A stretch of DNA of 64,000 nt from an uncultured Pseudomonadota bacterium. Lineage in GTDB: Bacteria; Desulfobacterota; Binatia; Binatales; Binataceae. The DNA is taken from NCBI GenBank assembly GCA_963795945.1, contig CAWCJN010000003.1, positions 71,539 through 135,538 on the forward strand, given 5' to 3'. Positions 8,441 to 18,422 of this stretch are shown here, piece by piece (positions within the stretch are counted from its first letter, which is position 1; every line of letters starts with the position of its first letter). A program made the translations under genes and the position numbers. Below the pieces are notes generated by a model. The model did not search any database, had not been told where the DNA came from, and was given only the letters and a program-made list of their open reading frames with translations.

Positions 8441-9964
8441 ATGGCAGACCAAGCAAGCGGCGCCAGCTACCGTCTGACCAATCAGGATGCGTCTTTTCTT
8501 TACCAAGAGTCCGCGGTAACTCAGATGCATGGCGCCGCGATTTTCTTTCTGAAAGGTAAACTAGCGTTCGATAAACTCTTCCAACATTTTCAGGACCGCC
8601 TCCATGTGTCGCCACGATTTCGCCAACGGCTCCTGTTTCCGCCCTACAATGTCGCCCATCCGACGCTCGAGGATGATCCGGATTTCAAGCTTGAGAATCA
8701 CGTCCAGCGCCGAGAACTCCCCAAGGGCGCCAGTGAAACTGAGGCCATTAACGAAATTCTCCGCTTTAATAATAGCCGCCTACTGGATCGCACCCGTCCG
8801 CTCTGGTGTGTAACGCTTTTCACAGGTTTGACCGAACGATCACTGATCTTGTGGGAGATGCATCACGCGATTGTGGATGGCGTGTCAGGCTTCGATCTGA
8901 TGAACAAGACGATGGATTTTACGCCCCGCCCTGCTCGAGTCGAAACGCCCGCGGAGCCTTGGCGGCCAGCCAAACTACCGACTCCAAACGAGGCATATGT
9001 AAGGGCGATACGTGATCTAATGGTAGAGCAGATCGACGCCGCGACGCGCAATGCTCGAGAATCTATGGGCGATCCAATAGGTGCAATCCAGCGAGCGCAA
9101 TCCGCTTTGGATTCATTCTATCGTGTAATGAACGAGACCTCTTCCACCGTGGCCATTGCCACGCCGTGGAATTCGGGCGCGGTTACCGAAGATCGTATCG
9201 CGGCGTGGCTGAAGTTGCCGTTTGCTGAATTTCGTACCATCCGAGCCGCCTTCGGCGGCACCATCAATGACATCGTGCTCACGATACTGGGTGAAGGCGC
9301 CGCCCGCTACCTGAAACATCACGGATGGCCAACTGAAGGTAAGTTACGCATCGGCTGTCCAGTAAATGTCCGGCGGCCCGGTGAGGAGATCAAACTGGAA
9401 AATCGCGTATCAATCATGATGCCGATGACCCCGGCGAAACCCATGAACGTGGTTGAACGTCTGCAATCCCTCACCGTAGAAACCAAGCGGATTAAGGATT
9501 CGGGTATCCCTTATGCTGTTGAGCAGATAATGAGCACCAATACAGTGCAGCCCGCGCTGCTGGCTGCGCTGGGTCGCATTGGCGCGCAGCAGGCAGAAGG
9601 GGCGGCACAATTCGTCAAGGATACGAAAACGAAACCGAGTCCCACAGGTCCTAATGCGCCGGTGACCGGGATTAATTTCATGGCAACGAATGTCCCTGGG
9701 CCTCAAACGGCGTGGTACCTGGCCGGATTCGAGATAACTGAATGGGTCTGCGCTGTTCCACTTGCTGGAAACCTAGGCCTGGGAGTCGTAATCACGAGCT
9801 ATAATCAGCAAATCTTCATCTCACTAGTAGCGGAGCCGCGCCTATTACCAGATGTCGATCGCTTGAAAAACTTTGTACAGGAAGCTTTTGACGAGTTGCG
9901 GCAACAGCTGCCACAAGAGGTGAGTAGATTACAGACTGGCCGCTCGCACGCCGTGGCAGTCTGA
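8441..9964 (+). CDS. Wax ester synthase / diacylglycerol acyltransferase (WS/DGAT)
   Basis: 507 aa with the catalytic motif HHAIVDG. The N-terminus LTNQDASFLYQES is typical of the family. Confidence 0.85.
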   Translation: MADQASGASYRLTNQDASFLYQESAVTQMHGAAIFFLKGKLAFDKLFQHFQDRLHVSPRFRQRLLFPPYNVAHPTLEDDPDFKLENHVQRRELPKGASETEAINEILRFNNSRLLDRTRPLWCVTLFTGLTERSLILWEMHHAIVDGVSGFDLMNKTMDFTPRPARVETPAEPWRPAKLPTPNEAYVRAIRDLMVEQIDAATRNARESMGDPIGAIQRAQSALDSFYRVMNETSSTVAIATPWNSGAVTEDRIAAWLKLPFAEFRTIRAAFGGTINDIVLTILGEGAARYLKHHGWPTEGKLRIGCPVNVRRPGEEIKLENRVSIMMPMTPAKPMNVVERLQSLTVETKRIKDSGIPYAVEQIMSTNTVQPALLAALGRIGAQQAEGAAQFVKDTKTKPSPTGPNAPVTGINFMATNVPGPQTAWYLAGFEITEWVCAVPLAGNLGLGVVITSYNQQIFISLVAEPRLLPDVDRLKNFVQEAFDELRQQLPQEVSRLQTGRSHAVAV

Positions 9965-10137
9965 TAGCTGAGCACGAACTCCTCCTGACTGAACAAAAGG
10001 AGGAAAGCGCTGATTTTGTCGCACTATAAACGAATGCGAACCGTCTCCACTTGATTATTCTAATCTTTCTGACGCATCCTTTGATTGGGCTCGAGGCGAG
10101 TGGGGACTCGCTCGACAGCATCAGCAGAGGAAAAATT

Positions 10138-11655
10138 ATGCCAAATAGCACTAATCGTCGCTTGAGTTTGCTCGACGCTTCCTTTCTATATGGTGAATCT
10201 GCGGTTAACCCGACCCACGTTGGGTCAATCTTTATGCTCGAAGGCGAACTCCCGTTCGACAAAATGGTCAGTCACATGCGGCAGCGATTGCACATCACGC
10301 CGCGTTTCCGTCAGCGGCTGGCTTTCCCACCATTCAATCTAGCTCACCCAACCGTCGAAGATGACCCCAACTTCAAGTTGGAGAATCACGTCCGGCGACA
10401 CCAGCTTCCTGAGGGAATTAACGAGGCCGATGCCATCACTGAAATTCTGCGTCTGCATTTTGGCCGCGTGATGGATCGTACCCGCCCGCTGTGGGATGTG
10501 ACCCTCTTTGAGGGCCTGCCGGGACGCTCCCTGTTCGTATGGGCGATGCACCATGCAGTAGTTGATGGCGTCGCGGCTTTCGAGATGTTGAACCGGCTGA
10601 TGGACTTCACGCCCAACCCTCGCCCAGCGGAAGAAGAAGTAAAAGAGCCATGGACGCCGGGGAATTTTCCAACCGCGCAAGAATCGTGGCTCAGTGCTCT
10701 GCGCGATCTCGCAGTAGAACAACTTGACAGCACTTGGCGCAGAGCGCAGGAATGGATGCGCAATCCGGCGGCGGTAATTGAGCAGGCCCAAACCTTAATC
10801 GAGACCTCCCAACTAATGAGGGAGATGGCCCAAGCGCCTGTCGCGACTCCATGGAACGCTGGAATCGCGACTAGTGAACGCAGGCTCGCTTATCTCAAAA
10901 TACCGCTCACCGAATTTCGTGCAATTCGCGCCGCCTTCGGCGGCACCATCAATGACATCGTACTCACGGTTCTGGGCGAAGGCGCGAGCCGCTACTTGCA
11001 GGACCATGGATGGCCGACACAGGGTATTTTACGTTTCGGATGTCCGGTCAACGTGCGGCGGCCCGGCGAGGAGATCGTCTTGGAAAATCGCGTGTCAATG
11101 ATGATGCCCAGTACTCCCGCTAAGCCGATGGATGTTGTCGAGCGCCTCAAAGCGATTACGCAGGAAACCAAACGCATCAAGGAATCGGGCGCACCGTACA
11201 CGATGGAAAGGATGTCGAGTATGGCGGAGGTTATACCGACTCCTATCCTCGGAGCGGTTAGCGCAACGAGCGCGTCAGCCATGGAATTGATGGGCGCCGT
11301 GCTTAAAGCATTTGATTGGAAGCCGAGGCCGGGTGGCCTCGCCATGCCGCCGTCGGGGATCAATTTCGTCGCAACCAATGTCCCTGGCCCGCAGGCGCCG
11401 TGGTATTTTGCCGGGCACAAGGTCGTCGACATGCTCGGGCTTCTGCCCTTGGGCGGAAATCTCGGCTACGGCGTCGCAATCACCAGTTATGATCAGCGCA
11501 TCATTTTCTCAATGATGGCGGATGCGCGATTGATGCCTGACGTCGAGCAGATGAAAGCTTTCGTGCAACAGGCTTTTGATGATCTGAGACAATGCATTCC
11601 CGAGGAGATGCGTCATTCGTCTCTTACGAACACCTCAGCCAAGGCTGCCGCGTGA
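10138..11655 (+). CDS. WS/DGAT, tandem paralog
   Basis: The ORF track entry is 10051..11655; I prefer the start MPNSTNRRLSLLDASFLYGES after AGAGGAAAA. It has the HHAVVDG motif and is collinear with the upstream paralog along its whole length. Confidence 0.85.
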   Translation: MPNSTNRRLSLLDASFLYGESAVNPTHVGSIFMLEGELPFDKMVSHMRQRLHITPRFRQRLAFPPFNLAHPTVEDDPNFKLENHVRRHQLPEGINEADAITEILRLHFGRVMDRTRPLWDVTLFEGLPGRSLFVWAMHHAVVDGVAAFEMLNRLMDFTPNPRPAEEEVKEPWTPGNFPTAQESWLSALRDLAVEQLDSTWRRAQEWMRNPAAVIEQAQTLIETSQLMREMAQAPVATPWNAGIATSERRLAYLKIPLTEFRAIRAAFGGTINDIVLTVLGEGASRYLQDHGWPTQGILRFGCPVNVRRPGEEIVLENRVSMMMPSTPAKPMDVVERLKAITQETKRIKESGAPYTMERMSSMAEVIPTPILGAVSATSASAMELMGAVLKAFDWKPRPGGLAMPPSGINFVATNVPGPQAPWYFAGHKVVDMLGLLPLGGNLGYGVAITSYDQRIIFSMMADARLMPDVEQMKAFVQQAFDDLRQCIPEEMRHSSLTNTSAKAAA

Positions 11656-11764
11656 CGTAAGTTGCGCGGCGTGTTTCGCTTAGTTTTTGGTTTCCGGAGA
11701 GCTTTCTTTTTGAGCAGGTAATCAGAGATGCGATCACCAGTTACAATCGCCACCCGACGACCCT

Positions 11765-14224
11765 TTAGCTGAGTACCCCCCGGTTGCGCAAATCTTCGAT
11801 TCGTTCGGCCGAGTATCCCAGCAAGCTCATCAACACATCATCCGTGTCGGCGCCGAAGAGGGGGGCCGGCTTGCCGACACGGCAGGGTGTGGCGTCCATC
11901 GTCCAGGGAACACCGGCGTGCGTGCGGCGACCGACCTCAGGATGATCAAGTTCGACCAAGAAGCCGCGTTCGCGCAAGTGAGGATCCAGAGCAATGTCTT
12001 TATTGGTCAGGGTCGGCATTGCGGCAACACCGGCGCGCTGAAGCACCTCGGTAGCTTCCCAGCGATCGCGCTCAGAGGTCCACTGAGTAATAATGGCGTC
12101 AAGTTCGTCTTCATGCGACTTGCGCAGCGTCGCAGTCAAGAAACGCGCGTCGCCGGCGAGCAAAGGCTGCCCAATCGCATCGCAAAGCGCTCGCCATTCG
12201 CGCTCGTTGCCAACGGCGATGGTGATCCATTGCTCGGCGTCGCCTTTGCTCTTATAGCAATTGTGCGGAGCCATCCAGCGATCACGATTGGCGAGCACCG
12301 ACGGCTCTCTTTTATTCATCGTATATTCTAGCCACGCTTCCGGCAGAAGCATTTCGAGCGCTTCCCACAGAGCGATGTCAATGTGCTGTCCCTGCCCGGT
12401 ACGAGCACGATGAAGCAAAGCGGCAATGGCGGCATAGGCGCCGATCGCGCCCGAGTTGGGATCGCCATAAGTAATGCCGGTTTCTCCGGGCGTCTCCGCG
12501 GTGTATCCGCTCACTGAAAAAAGTCCGGACTGTGCGCCGAGCAGACCTCCATAGCTTACGTATCGCGAATAGGGACCAGTCTGACCATATCCTGAAAGCG
12601 AGAGCATGATGATATCGTGACGAAGATCGCGTAATGCATCATAGCCCAGTCCCAAGCGGGCCATTACACCCGGAGCAAAGTTCTCCACCACCAAATCTGA
12701 ATGCGGCACGAGACTCTGAGCGATCTCAATTGCCTCAGGCATCTCGAGATTCAAGCGGACGCTACGCTTACCTTGGTTCCATTGATTGAAGCTGCCTGCG
12801 CGATTACGCCCTTCTTTTTTGTCAGCAAACGGCGGAATTACTCGGTTGACATCAAGCCGACGGATGCTTTCAATGCGGATCACATCGGCGCCAAGATGGG
12901 CGAGTTGAAGAGTACAGAACGGCCCCTGCCATACCCAGCTAAAATCGAGCACCCGTACACCGGTAAGCGGACCGCCTTCGCGCGCCATTGATGGGTAGGA
13001 CGGCTGCCCTGCGCCCCATCGTTCCCGGCTCGTATAGTTTTGCTCCAAATTGTTGTGCTCACCTAAACCAGGGGCGGAACGTTTCAGTGTCCATGCGATC
13101 GCGGAAGACTTGAAGGGCTGCGCCGGCGTTTCGATCTCGTGCAGCCCAGCGGTCGTTGGCAGCGGCGCAAAGAATGCGCGCTCGCGAAGATGAGGATCGG
13201 CATAAATATCCGCCAGCCGATTCACCGGCGCCATGGGAACGCGTCGCTCTTGCGCGACGCGGACCAAGTCTTTGACCTTCCAATCCTTGGTCCATTCTCC
13301 GATGAGTAATGACAACGCGTCCACGTTACGGCCGCGCGCGAACCGATCCTTAAAAAGCTCTTCGTGCGCCCATTCTGGATGACCCATAAGCGTCACCAGT
13401 CGATGCCACTGATGTTCCTCTATACAGCACAGCAGGATCTTGCCGTCAGCGCAGTCAAGCATACTCCAGGGACCGAGGAGACGGCGGCCCAATCGCGAAG
13501 TCTGGACGCCTGCGTAAGTGTAAGCGACCAGGCTCAACTCGAGCATCGCGGCAAAACATTCTTGAGCTGAGACTTCGATCGCCTGCCCGCCGCCATACTT
13601 CATCCGATGAAATAAGGCCGCGAGCGTCGTAAAAGCCGCGTGATTCGCTGCTTGGAATTCGGCTTGATGGCCGAACAGTTTGAGCGGCGGCAACTCGGGA
13701 AAAATTGAGCAAAGCGGCGCCACCGATGCGACTCCTCCCGCATGCGCCACGTTGAGTTCATAGGCTCGGTAATTAGCGCGGGGACCGAAATCCCCATACG
13801 GCGAGATAGCCGTTACAATTAGCTCTGGATGGGCATCGTGGATCGCGCTGCTCTGCATTCCCACAGAAGCGCGATCCACCGGTAATATGTTGTGGACGAG
13901 AACGTCAGCGCCATTTAGGAGTTCGTTGAGATGCATGCGATCAGCGATGCTGTGGAGATCGAGCGTCATACCGTACTTGTCGGCATTGAGATAAAGAAAG
14001 AGCCCACTATTCTCCAGATCGACGCGGTCCTCAAAAAAGGGACCCTGCCGACGCATGCTGTCACCTTGCGGAGGCTCGACTTTGATCACATGAGCTCCGA
14101 GCAGCGCCATCAGTTTGGTGGCGAAAGCGGCCGCTACGCCATCGCCGCATTCGACCACGTACACGCCGGCGAGCGGAGCTGCATCGATAGACAAACTATT
14201 CTTTTCGATCTTGTTGATGGGCAT
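11765..14224 (-). CDS. Fused tandem family-III (CaiB/BaiF) CoA-transferase, two complete domains
   Basis: 819 aa. The N-terminal half begins LAGVYVVECGDGVAAAFATKLMALLGAHVIKVEPP. The second half begins LTGVRVLDFSWVWQGPFCTLQLAHLGADVIRIE. Both are canonical family-III N-terminal signatures. Confidence 0.8.
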   Translation of the reverse strand: MPINKIEKNSLSIDAAPLAGVYVVECGDGVAAAFATKLMALLGAHVIKVEPPQGDSMRRQGPFFEDRVDLENSGLFLYLNADKYGMTLDLHSIADRMHLNELLNGADVLVHNILPVDRASVGMQSSAIHDAHPELIVTAISPYGDFGPRANYRAYELNVAHAGGVASVAPLCSIFPELPPLKLFGHQAEFQAANHAAFTTLAALFHRMKYGGGQAIEVSAQECFAAMLELSLVAYTYAGVQTSRLGRRLLGPWSMLDCADGKILLCCIEEHQWHRLVTLMGHPEWAHEELFKDRFARGRNVDALSLLIGEWTKDWKVKDLVRVAQERRVPMAPVNRLADIYADPHLRERAFFAPLPTTAGLHEIETPAQPFKSSAIAWTLKRSAPGLGEHNNLEQNYTSRERWGAGQPSYPSMAREGGPLTGVRVLDFSWVWQGPFCTLQLAHLGADVIRIESIRRLDVNRVIPPFADKKEGRNRAGSFNQWNQGKRSVRLNLEMPEAIEIAQSLVPHSDLVVENFAPGVMARLGLGYDALRDLRHDIIMLSLSGYGQTGPYSRYVSYGGLLGAQSGLFSVSGYTAETPGETGITYGDPNSGAIGAYAAIAALLHRARTGQGQHIDIALWEALEMLLPEAWLEYTMNKREPSVLANRDRWMAPHNCYKSKGDAEQWITIAVGNEREWRALCDAIGQPLLAGDARFLTATLRKSHEDELDAIITQWTSERDRWEATEVLQRAGVAAMPTLTNKDIALDPHLRERGFLVELDHPEVGRRTHAGVPWTMDATPCRVGKPAPLFGADTDDVLMSLLGYSAERIEDLRNRGVLS

Positions 14225-14549
14225 ACGACCTCACTAGTTCGAAAGGCCAACGCGGGACCGGAGCGGCCGCGATCTTCGAGTTCGGGTGCGAACGTAGCGC
14301 CGGCGCGGCGCACCATAATCCATTGCGCGCACGATATTGCTGCTTCTTCTCTGGCGCTTCGACCCTACAACTTTCGAGCTCGTTTTGCACGGACACCCGC
14401 TCCGCGATTTTGCAGAGCTGGAGAATACAGTGGATAGATAATTACTCGGCGCCGTGACCGAGTGAGACGATGTGGGCGCGTCCTTTGCCAAGTCGTCGTG
14501 ATGAGGCGTAGGATGATCGATGGAGACGCGAAAAAAGGAGGTTCGGATC

Positions 14550-14843
14550 ATGTTGTATCTTGCCTTCTTCAAAATGAAGCCCGGTATCTCAGTGGGGAGC
14601 AAGGAAGTAATTGAGAAATCTCAGAAATGGTGGGACGGCGGCGCGAAACCGGAGGGCTTGAAGACTGTCGGGGTTTATGGCTGTCTGGGCACCGAGGCGC
14701 GCGACGTATTAATCTTCGAAGCGAATAATCACGACGATATTCGCGAACTGGTAAACTACTGGAGAGATACTACCGATTTCGAAGTTCATCCGGCAGTGGA
14801 TCTCGCCGCCCACTTCAAAGATCAGGGCATGAAGGTCGCCTGA
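14550..14843 (+). CDS. DUF3303-like small protein
   Basis: MLYLAFFKMKPG... after AAGGAGG. About 97 aa. The family call is from memory of the N-terminal pattern. Confidence 0.45.
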   Translation: MLYLAFFKMKPGISVGSKEVIEKSQKWWDGGAKPEGLKTVGVYGCLGTEARDVLIFEANNHDDIRELVNYWRDTTDFEVHPAVDLAAHFKDQGMKVA

Positions 14844-14867
14844 ACGCGTGCGCTCAATCTCATCGAT

Positions 14868-14901
14868 GATGGAGGCCAGCGGAATTGCGCTGGCCTCCAT
14901 C
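14868..14901 (+). terminator. Perfect 13-bp stem hairpin downstream of 14550..14843
   Basis: GATGGAGGCCAGC-ggaattgc-GCTGGCCTCCATC. No U-tract follows, so its terminator function is uncertain. Confidence 0.35.
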
Positions 14902-15363
14902 GCGGACTGGTTCTGATGCAAAAGATTTGTCGACCGTTCATGTGTTAGAAGCCCTCCTGTCAGCAGCGCAGCGCTTTTCGGTCAGCTCATGCGACTCCTC
15001 GCGGCAGTTATTTCTTTCCTGGTTCCCGCAGACTCTGCAAGGCGCGAATCCCGTTCAAGATGGTTTTCTGCACCGCTCCGCTGCTCGTGGGCGGCTGATC
15101 CGCAGAATTCTGCATCCTGACTTAAGCCAAAATCGCATCTGCGTACGCCTGATTCTCTCTGAGTGCCTCCCCGATAGTTGAAACCGATCCAAAATGGTGA
15201 CATTTCGCTGGGCGCCACTGCTTCGGCGGATAACGTCGAATCCCGCAAGACGCATCTCCCTATATTTCGCCATGACTTTGGAGCTATTGTGAGTCGCTCC
15301 GGGAGGTCGTCTTCGCGGCGACCGAGATAGCCCACAGTAACCTTGTTGCACTGAGAGGCGCTC

Positions 15364-16239
15364 ATGGGTCAAGAAGATCTTTCCTTCATAAGTTCAAGCG
15401 ATGACTTGACGGTAGTTTACTACCGGTGGCCCACCACGCGCGATGTGGTCGGAGTCGTTCAGATCGCGCACGGGCTTGGCGAACACGCGCTGCGCTATGC
15501 GCCCTTGGCGACATTTCTGAACAATGCGGGTTTCCACGTTTACGCGAATGATCATCGCGGGCATGGCCGCACCGCGCCGTCACCCGAAGCCCACGGCGAC
15601 TTTGGCGAGCGCGGCTGGAGCGCGGTCGTGGACGACACTGCGCAGCTCACCCGTATCGTGCAGGAGCGCGAAGGCCAGCTGCCAATCGTGTTGCTTGGTC
15701 ATAGCATGGGTTCGTTCGTGGCGCAGCATTACATACTCGAACATAGCGCGCTGATCACGGGTTGCGTGTTGTCCGGGTCAGCCGCGCCCGACTTGATTGC
15801 TCATCTTGTTGAACAGGTCGGCGAGGGCGGTCTGGAAAGCCTCAACACTCTCTTCGAGCCGGCACGCACGCCCTTCGATTGGCTAAGTCGCGATCCTCTG
15901 GAGGTCGATGCTTACGTTGCGGACATCCTATGCGGCTTCAACATGAGCGAACGCTCGCGACAGTCCGCCAAAACTGAGTGGGAGCGCCGGGCTGAATCGA
16001 GTCATCTCAAGCGCATTCGCAAAGACCTGCCTATCTACATCCTAGCCGGAGATGCTGATCCGGTTAATCATCACCTTGAGTACTTGAAGCCAGTAGCGGA
16101 ACGTTATCGCGAGGCGGGCATCCGTGACGTGAGCGAGAAGTATTATCCGGAGGGGCGGCACGAGATGTTCAACGAAATCAATCGTGACGACGTGATGGCT
16201 GATCTGCTCGCGTGGCTGCGGCGCGTCATTCCAACTTGA
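15364..16239 (+). CDS. Monoacylglycerol lipase / lysophospholipase-like alpha/beta hydrolase
   Basis: HGLGEHALRYAPLATFLNNAGFHVYANDHRGHGRT followed by GHSMGS. Confidence 0.75.
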   Translation: MGQEDLSFISSSDDLTVVYYRWPTTRDVVGVVQIAHGLGEHALRYAPLATFLNNAGFHVYANDHRGHGRTAPSPEAHGDFGERGWSAVVDDTAQLTRIVQEREGQLPIVLLGHSMGSFVAQHYILEHSALITGCVLSGSAAPDLIAHLVEQVGEGGLESLNTLFEPARTPFDWLSRDPLEVDAYVADILCGFNMSERSRQSAKTEWERRAESSHLKRIRKDLPIYILAGDADPVNHHLEYLKPVAERYREAGIRDVSEKYYPEGRHEMFNEINRDDVMADLLAWLRRVIPT

Positions 16240-16316
16240 TCAGACGCCCGGACGTGCATCTTTCGTTGACTTTTCGGACGAGTGTGATTAACCGTCTAAC
16301 TTGAGGAGGATCAATC

Positions 16317-16703
16317 GTGGCCGAACAAAAAGCCTCCCCACCCGACCCTTTTACCGCATGGCGTGATTGGCTCGGCCAAGCGGAGCGTCAGCTTAATAGT
16401 TTCTTCAATGACATGATGGGATCTGAGCAATATACACGCTCAATGGGTCAGTTTAACGACCTCTCTCTAAACATGCAGAAGAGCATGAGCGAGACGATGA
16501 GCCGCTATCTAAGCTCGCTCAATCTGCCCACCAAGGATGACTTTGCAGCGCTGGGGCAGCGGCTCGCGGCAATTGAGGACCGCTTGGCGATAATCGAGAA
16601 TAAGCCCGGCGATGTAGTGGAACCAGCCGCGCCTAGCCATGTCCCCGTCGCCGGTACACCGCGGCCACCACGAACCAAAAAACCCGCGAAGGCGAAAGGA
16701 TAA
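16317..16703 (+). CDS. phaE: PhaE-like small PHA synthase subunit
   Basis: 128 aa, GTG start, immediately upstream of phaC with a 3-nt gap. The motif LNLPTKDDFAALGQRLAAIEDRL resembles the PhaE/PhaR box. Confidence 0.55.
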   Translation: MAEQKASPPDPFTAWRDWLGQAERQLNSFFNDMMGSEQYTRSMGQFNDLSLNMQKSMSETMSRYLSSLNLPTKDDFAALGQRLAAIEDRLAIIENKPGDVVEPAAPSHVPVAGTPRPPRTKKPAKAKG

Positions 16704-16706
16704 CCG

Positions 16707-17789
16707 ATGAGCCAGAGCGAGCAAAAAGCTAATCCCGCGCTGGAAGAACTCGTCCGCACAGAGGTCGCGCGCAGCATCCAGCGCGCTGTCAAGGGAGTCC
16801 AGTATTTCGCCTCACCTGACCCCGTAGTCGCGCAAACCCCCAAAGATACGATCTATCGGCGCGGCACCCTGGAACTTCATCACTACCGCCCGGTGTGCGA
16901 TGAAATTTATCGCGTGCCGCTGGTGCTGGTGATGTCGCTGGTGAGCAAGGCCTTTATATTCGACCTCGGTCCCGGTCAGAGCCTCGTCGAATTTCTGCTG
17001 AAAAAAGGATACGACGTTTACCTCATCGATTGGGGCGTGCCGCGTCTCGAAGATAAGCGTCTCAGACTGGAGGATTACGTCCTGGATTTCCTGCCGGAGT
17101 GCGCCGCCCGGATTGCCGCCGACAGCGGTGAGCAAGATCTCACGATGCTCGGTTACTGCATGGGTGGACAGCTCGCGTTGATGTACGCTGCACTCCATCT
17201 TCACGGTCCGCTTAAGAACCTGATTTGCCTCGCCACGCCTATCGACTCAGAAGGAATGGGGCTGTTCCGCACCTGGAGTGATGAACGTTACTTCGACGTC
17301 GATCGGATCGTTGATACGCTCGGCAACGTTCCCGCCGAAATTCTATATAACTCCTTCCAGATGCTGCGTCCGGCGCAGCGCGTCATGCAGGAGATCAAGC
17401 TCTGGGATAACATGTGGGACGATAATTTCGTCCGTTCCTATCGCTTGATCGATCGTTGGGGCAGAGAACAGATTCCCTTTCCGGGTGAATGCTTTCGCCA
17501 GATGACTAAGGAGATCACGCGCGAGAACAAGCTCTACAAGGGTGAACTTACACTAGCAGGCCGGCCCGTGGACCTTCGGAAAATCAAGGCCTCCTTTCTT
17601 GCTATTATGGCGCAGCACGATCATATCGTTCCTTATGAATCGGCCAAGGAGATGCTGAAGATAATCAGCAGCACCGACAAGCAGGAGGTCGTGATGAAGG
17701 GTGGTCATGTTAGCGTGCTGGCTGGCCCGAATGCCAGTGGACGGCTATGGCCCGTCCTCGATAACTGGCTGGCGCCGCGCTCGGTATGA
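16707..17789 (+). CDS. phaC: Class III/IV-type poly(R)-hydroxyalkanoate synthase PhaC
   Basis: 360 aa, the typical size for this class, with the lipase-box variant GYCMGG. Confidence 0.85.
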   Translation: MSQSEQKANPALEELVRTEVARSIQRAVKGVQYFASPDPVVAQTPKDTIYRRGTLELHHYRPVCDEIYRVPLVLVMSLVSKAFIFDLGPGQSLVEFLLKKGYDVYLIDWGVPRLEDKRLRLEDYVLDFLPECAARIAADSGEQDLTMLGYCMGGQLALMYAALHLHGPLKNLICLATPIDSEGMGLFRTWSDERYFDVDRIVDTLGNVPAEILYNSFQMLRPAQRVMQEIKLWDNMWDDNFVRSYRLIDRWGREQIPFPGECFRQMTKEITRENKLYKGELTLAGRPVDLRKIKASFLAIMAQHDHIVPYESAKEMLKIISSTDKQEVVMKGGHVSVLAGPNASGRLWPVLDNWLAPRSV

Positions 17790-18397
17790 CGGCCATTACC
17801 GATCATCAGGGCCAGCGAGCTTACCCGCGTGATGCTCGCGTCGAGGACGGCTTGGTCACGCTCCGATATATGACGGCTGCTGATCGTGATGCTGCGCTCG
17901 CTTTTGCACAGGCGTTGCCTACTCACGATCTGCTCTTTCTCCGCCGCGACATAACCCGTCCCGAGATCATCGATCTGTGGCTCGACGGTATCCGACGCGA
18001 ACGGATCACCAGCCTGTTGGCTGAGCGCGACGGCGTGGTTCTTGGTTATGCGACGGTCGATCGGGGAGAGCTCTCGTGGTCACCTCATGTAGCGGAGTTG
18101 CGCGTAATGGTGACGCCGATGATGCGCCGCCACCGCCTCGGACGTTTACTCACGCGTGAAGCCTTTATGCTCGCGCTCGGCCTTGGGGTCGAGAAGATGG
18201 TCGCCCAGATGACCGCGGATCAGGAAGGCGCGATCGCGGTATTCGAGGGAATGGGATTTCATACTGAGGCTCTATTACGTGACCACGTCAAGGACCGCGC
18301 AGGCCACAAGCACGATCTTCTCATCATGGCGCACGACGTAAATGCATTCCTCGCCCAGATGGAAGCTTACGGCGTCACCGAAGCGCTCGAAGGCTAA
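17786..18397 (+). CDS. GNAT-family acetyltransferase (paralog G2), start overlaps the phaC stop (ATGA)
   Basis: HDLLFLRRDITRPEIIDLWL..., paralogous to G1 and G3. There is a 4-nt overlap with phaC. Confidence 0.75.
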   Translation: MTAITDHQGQRAYPRDARVEDGLVTLRYMTAADRDAALAFAQALPTHDLLFLRRDITRPEIIDLWLDGIRRERITSLLAERDGVVLGYATVDRGELSWSPHVAELRVMVTPMMRRHRLGRLLTREAFMLALGLGVEKMVAQMTADQEGAIAVFEGMGFHTEALLRDHVKDRAGHKHDLLIMAHDVNAFLAQMEAYGVTEALEG

Positions 18398-18422
18398 GGC
18401 ACCCCCTCGTCTCAGGAGGGAG

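Noticed and set aside
18342-18422. Upstream extension of the HAD ORF
   Set aside because: It overlaps the end of the GNAT gene. The internal ATG at 18423 has a strong GGAGGGAG ribosome-binding site and gives the canonical MK..A.DLDGTLL start.
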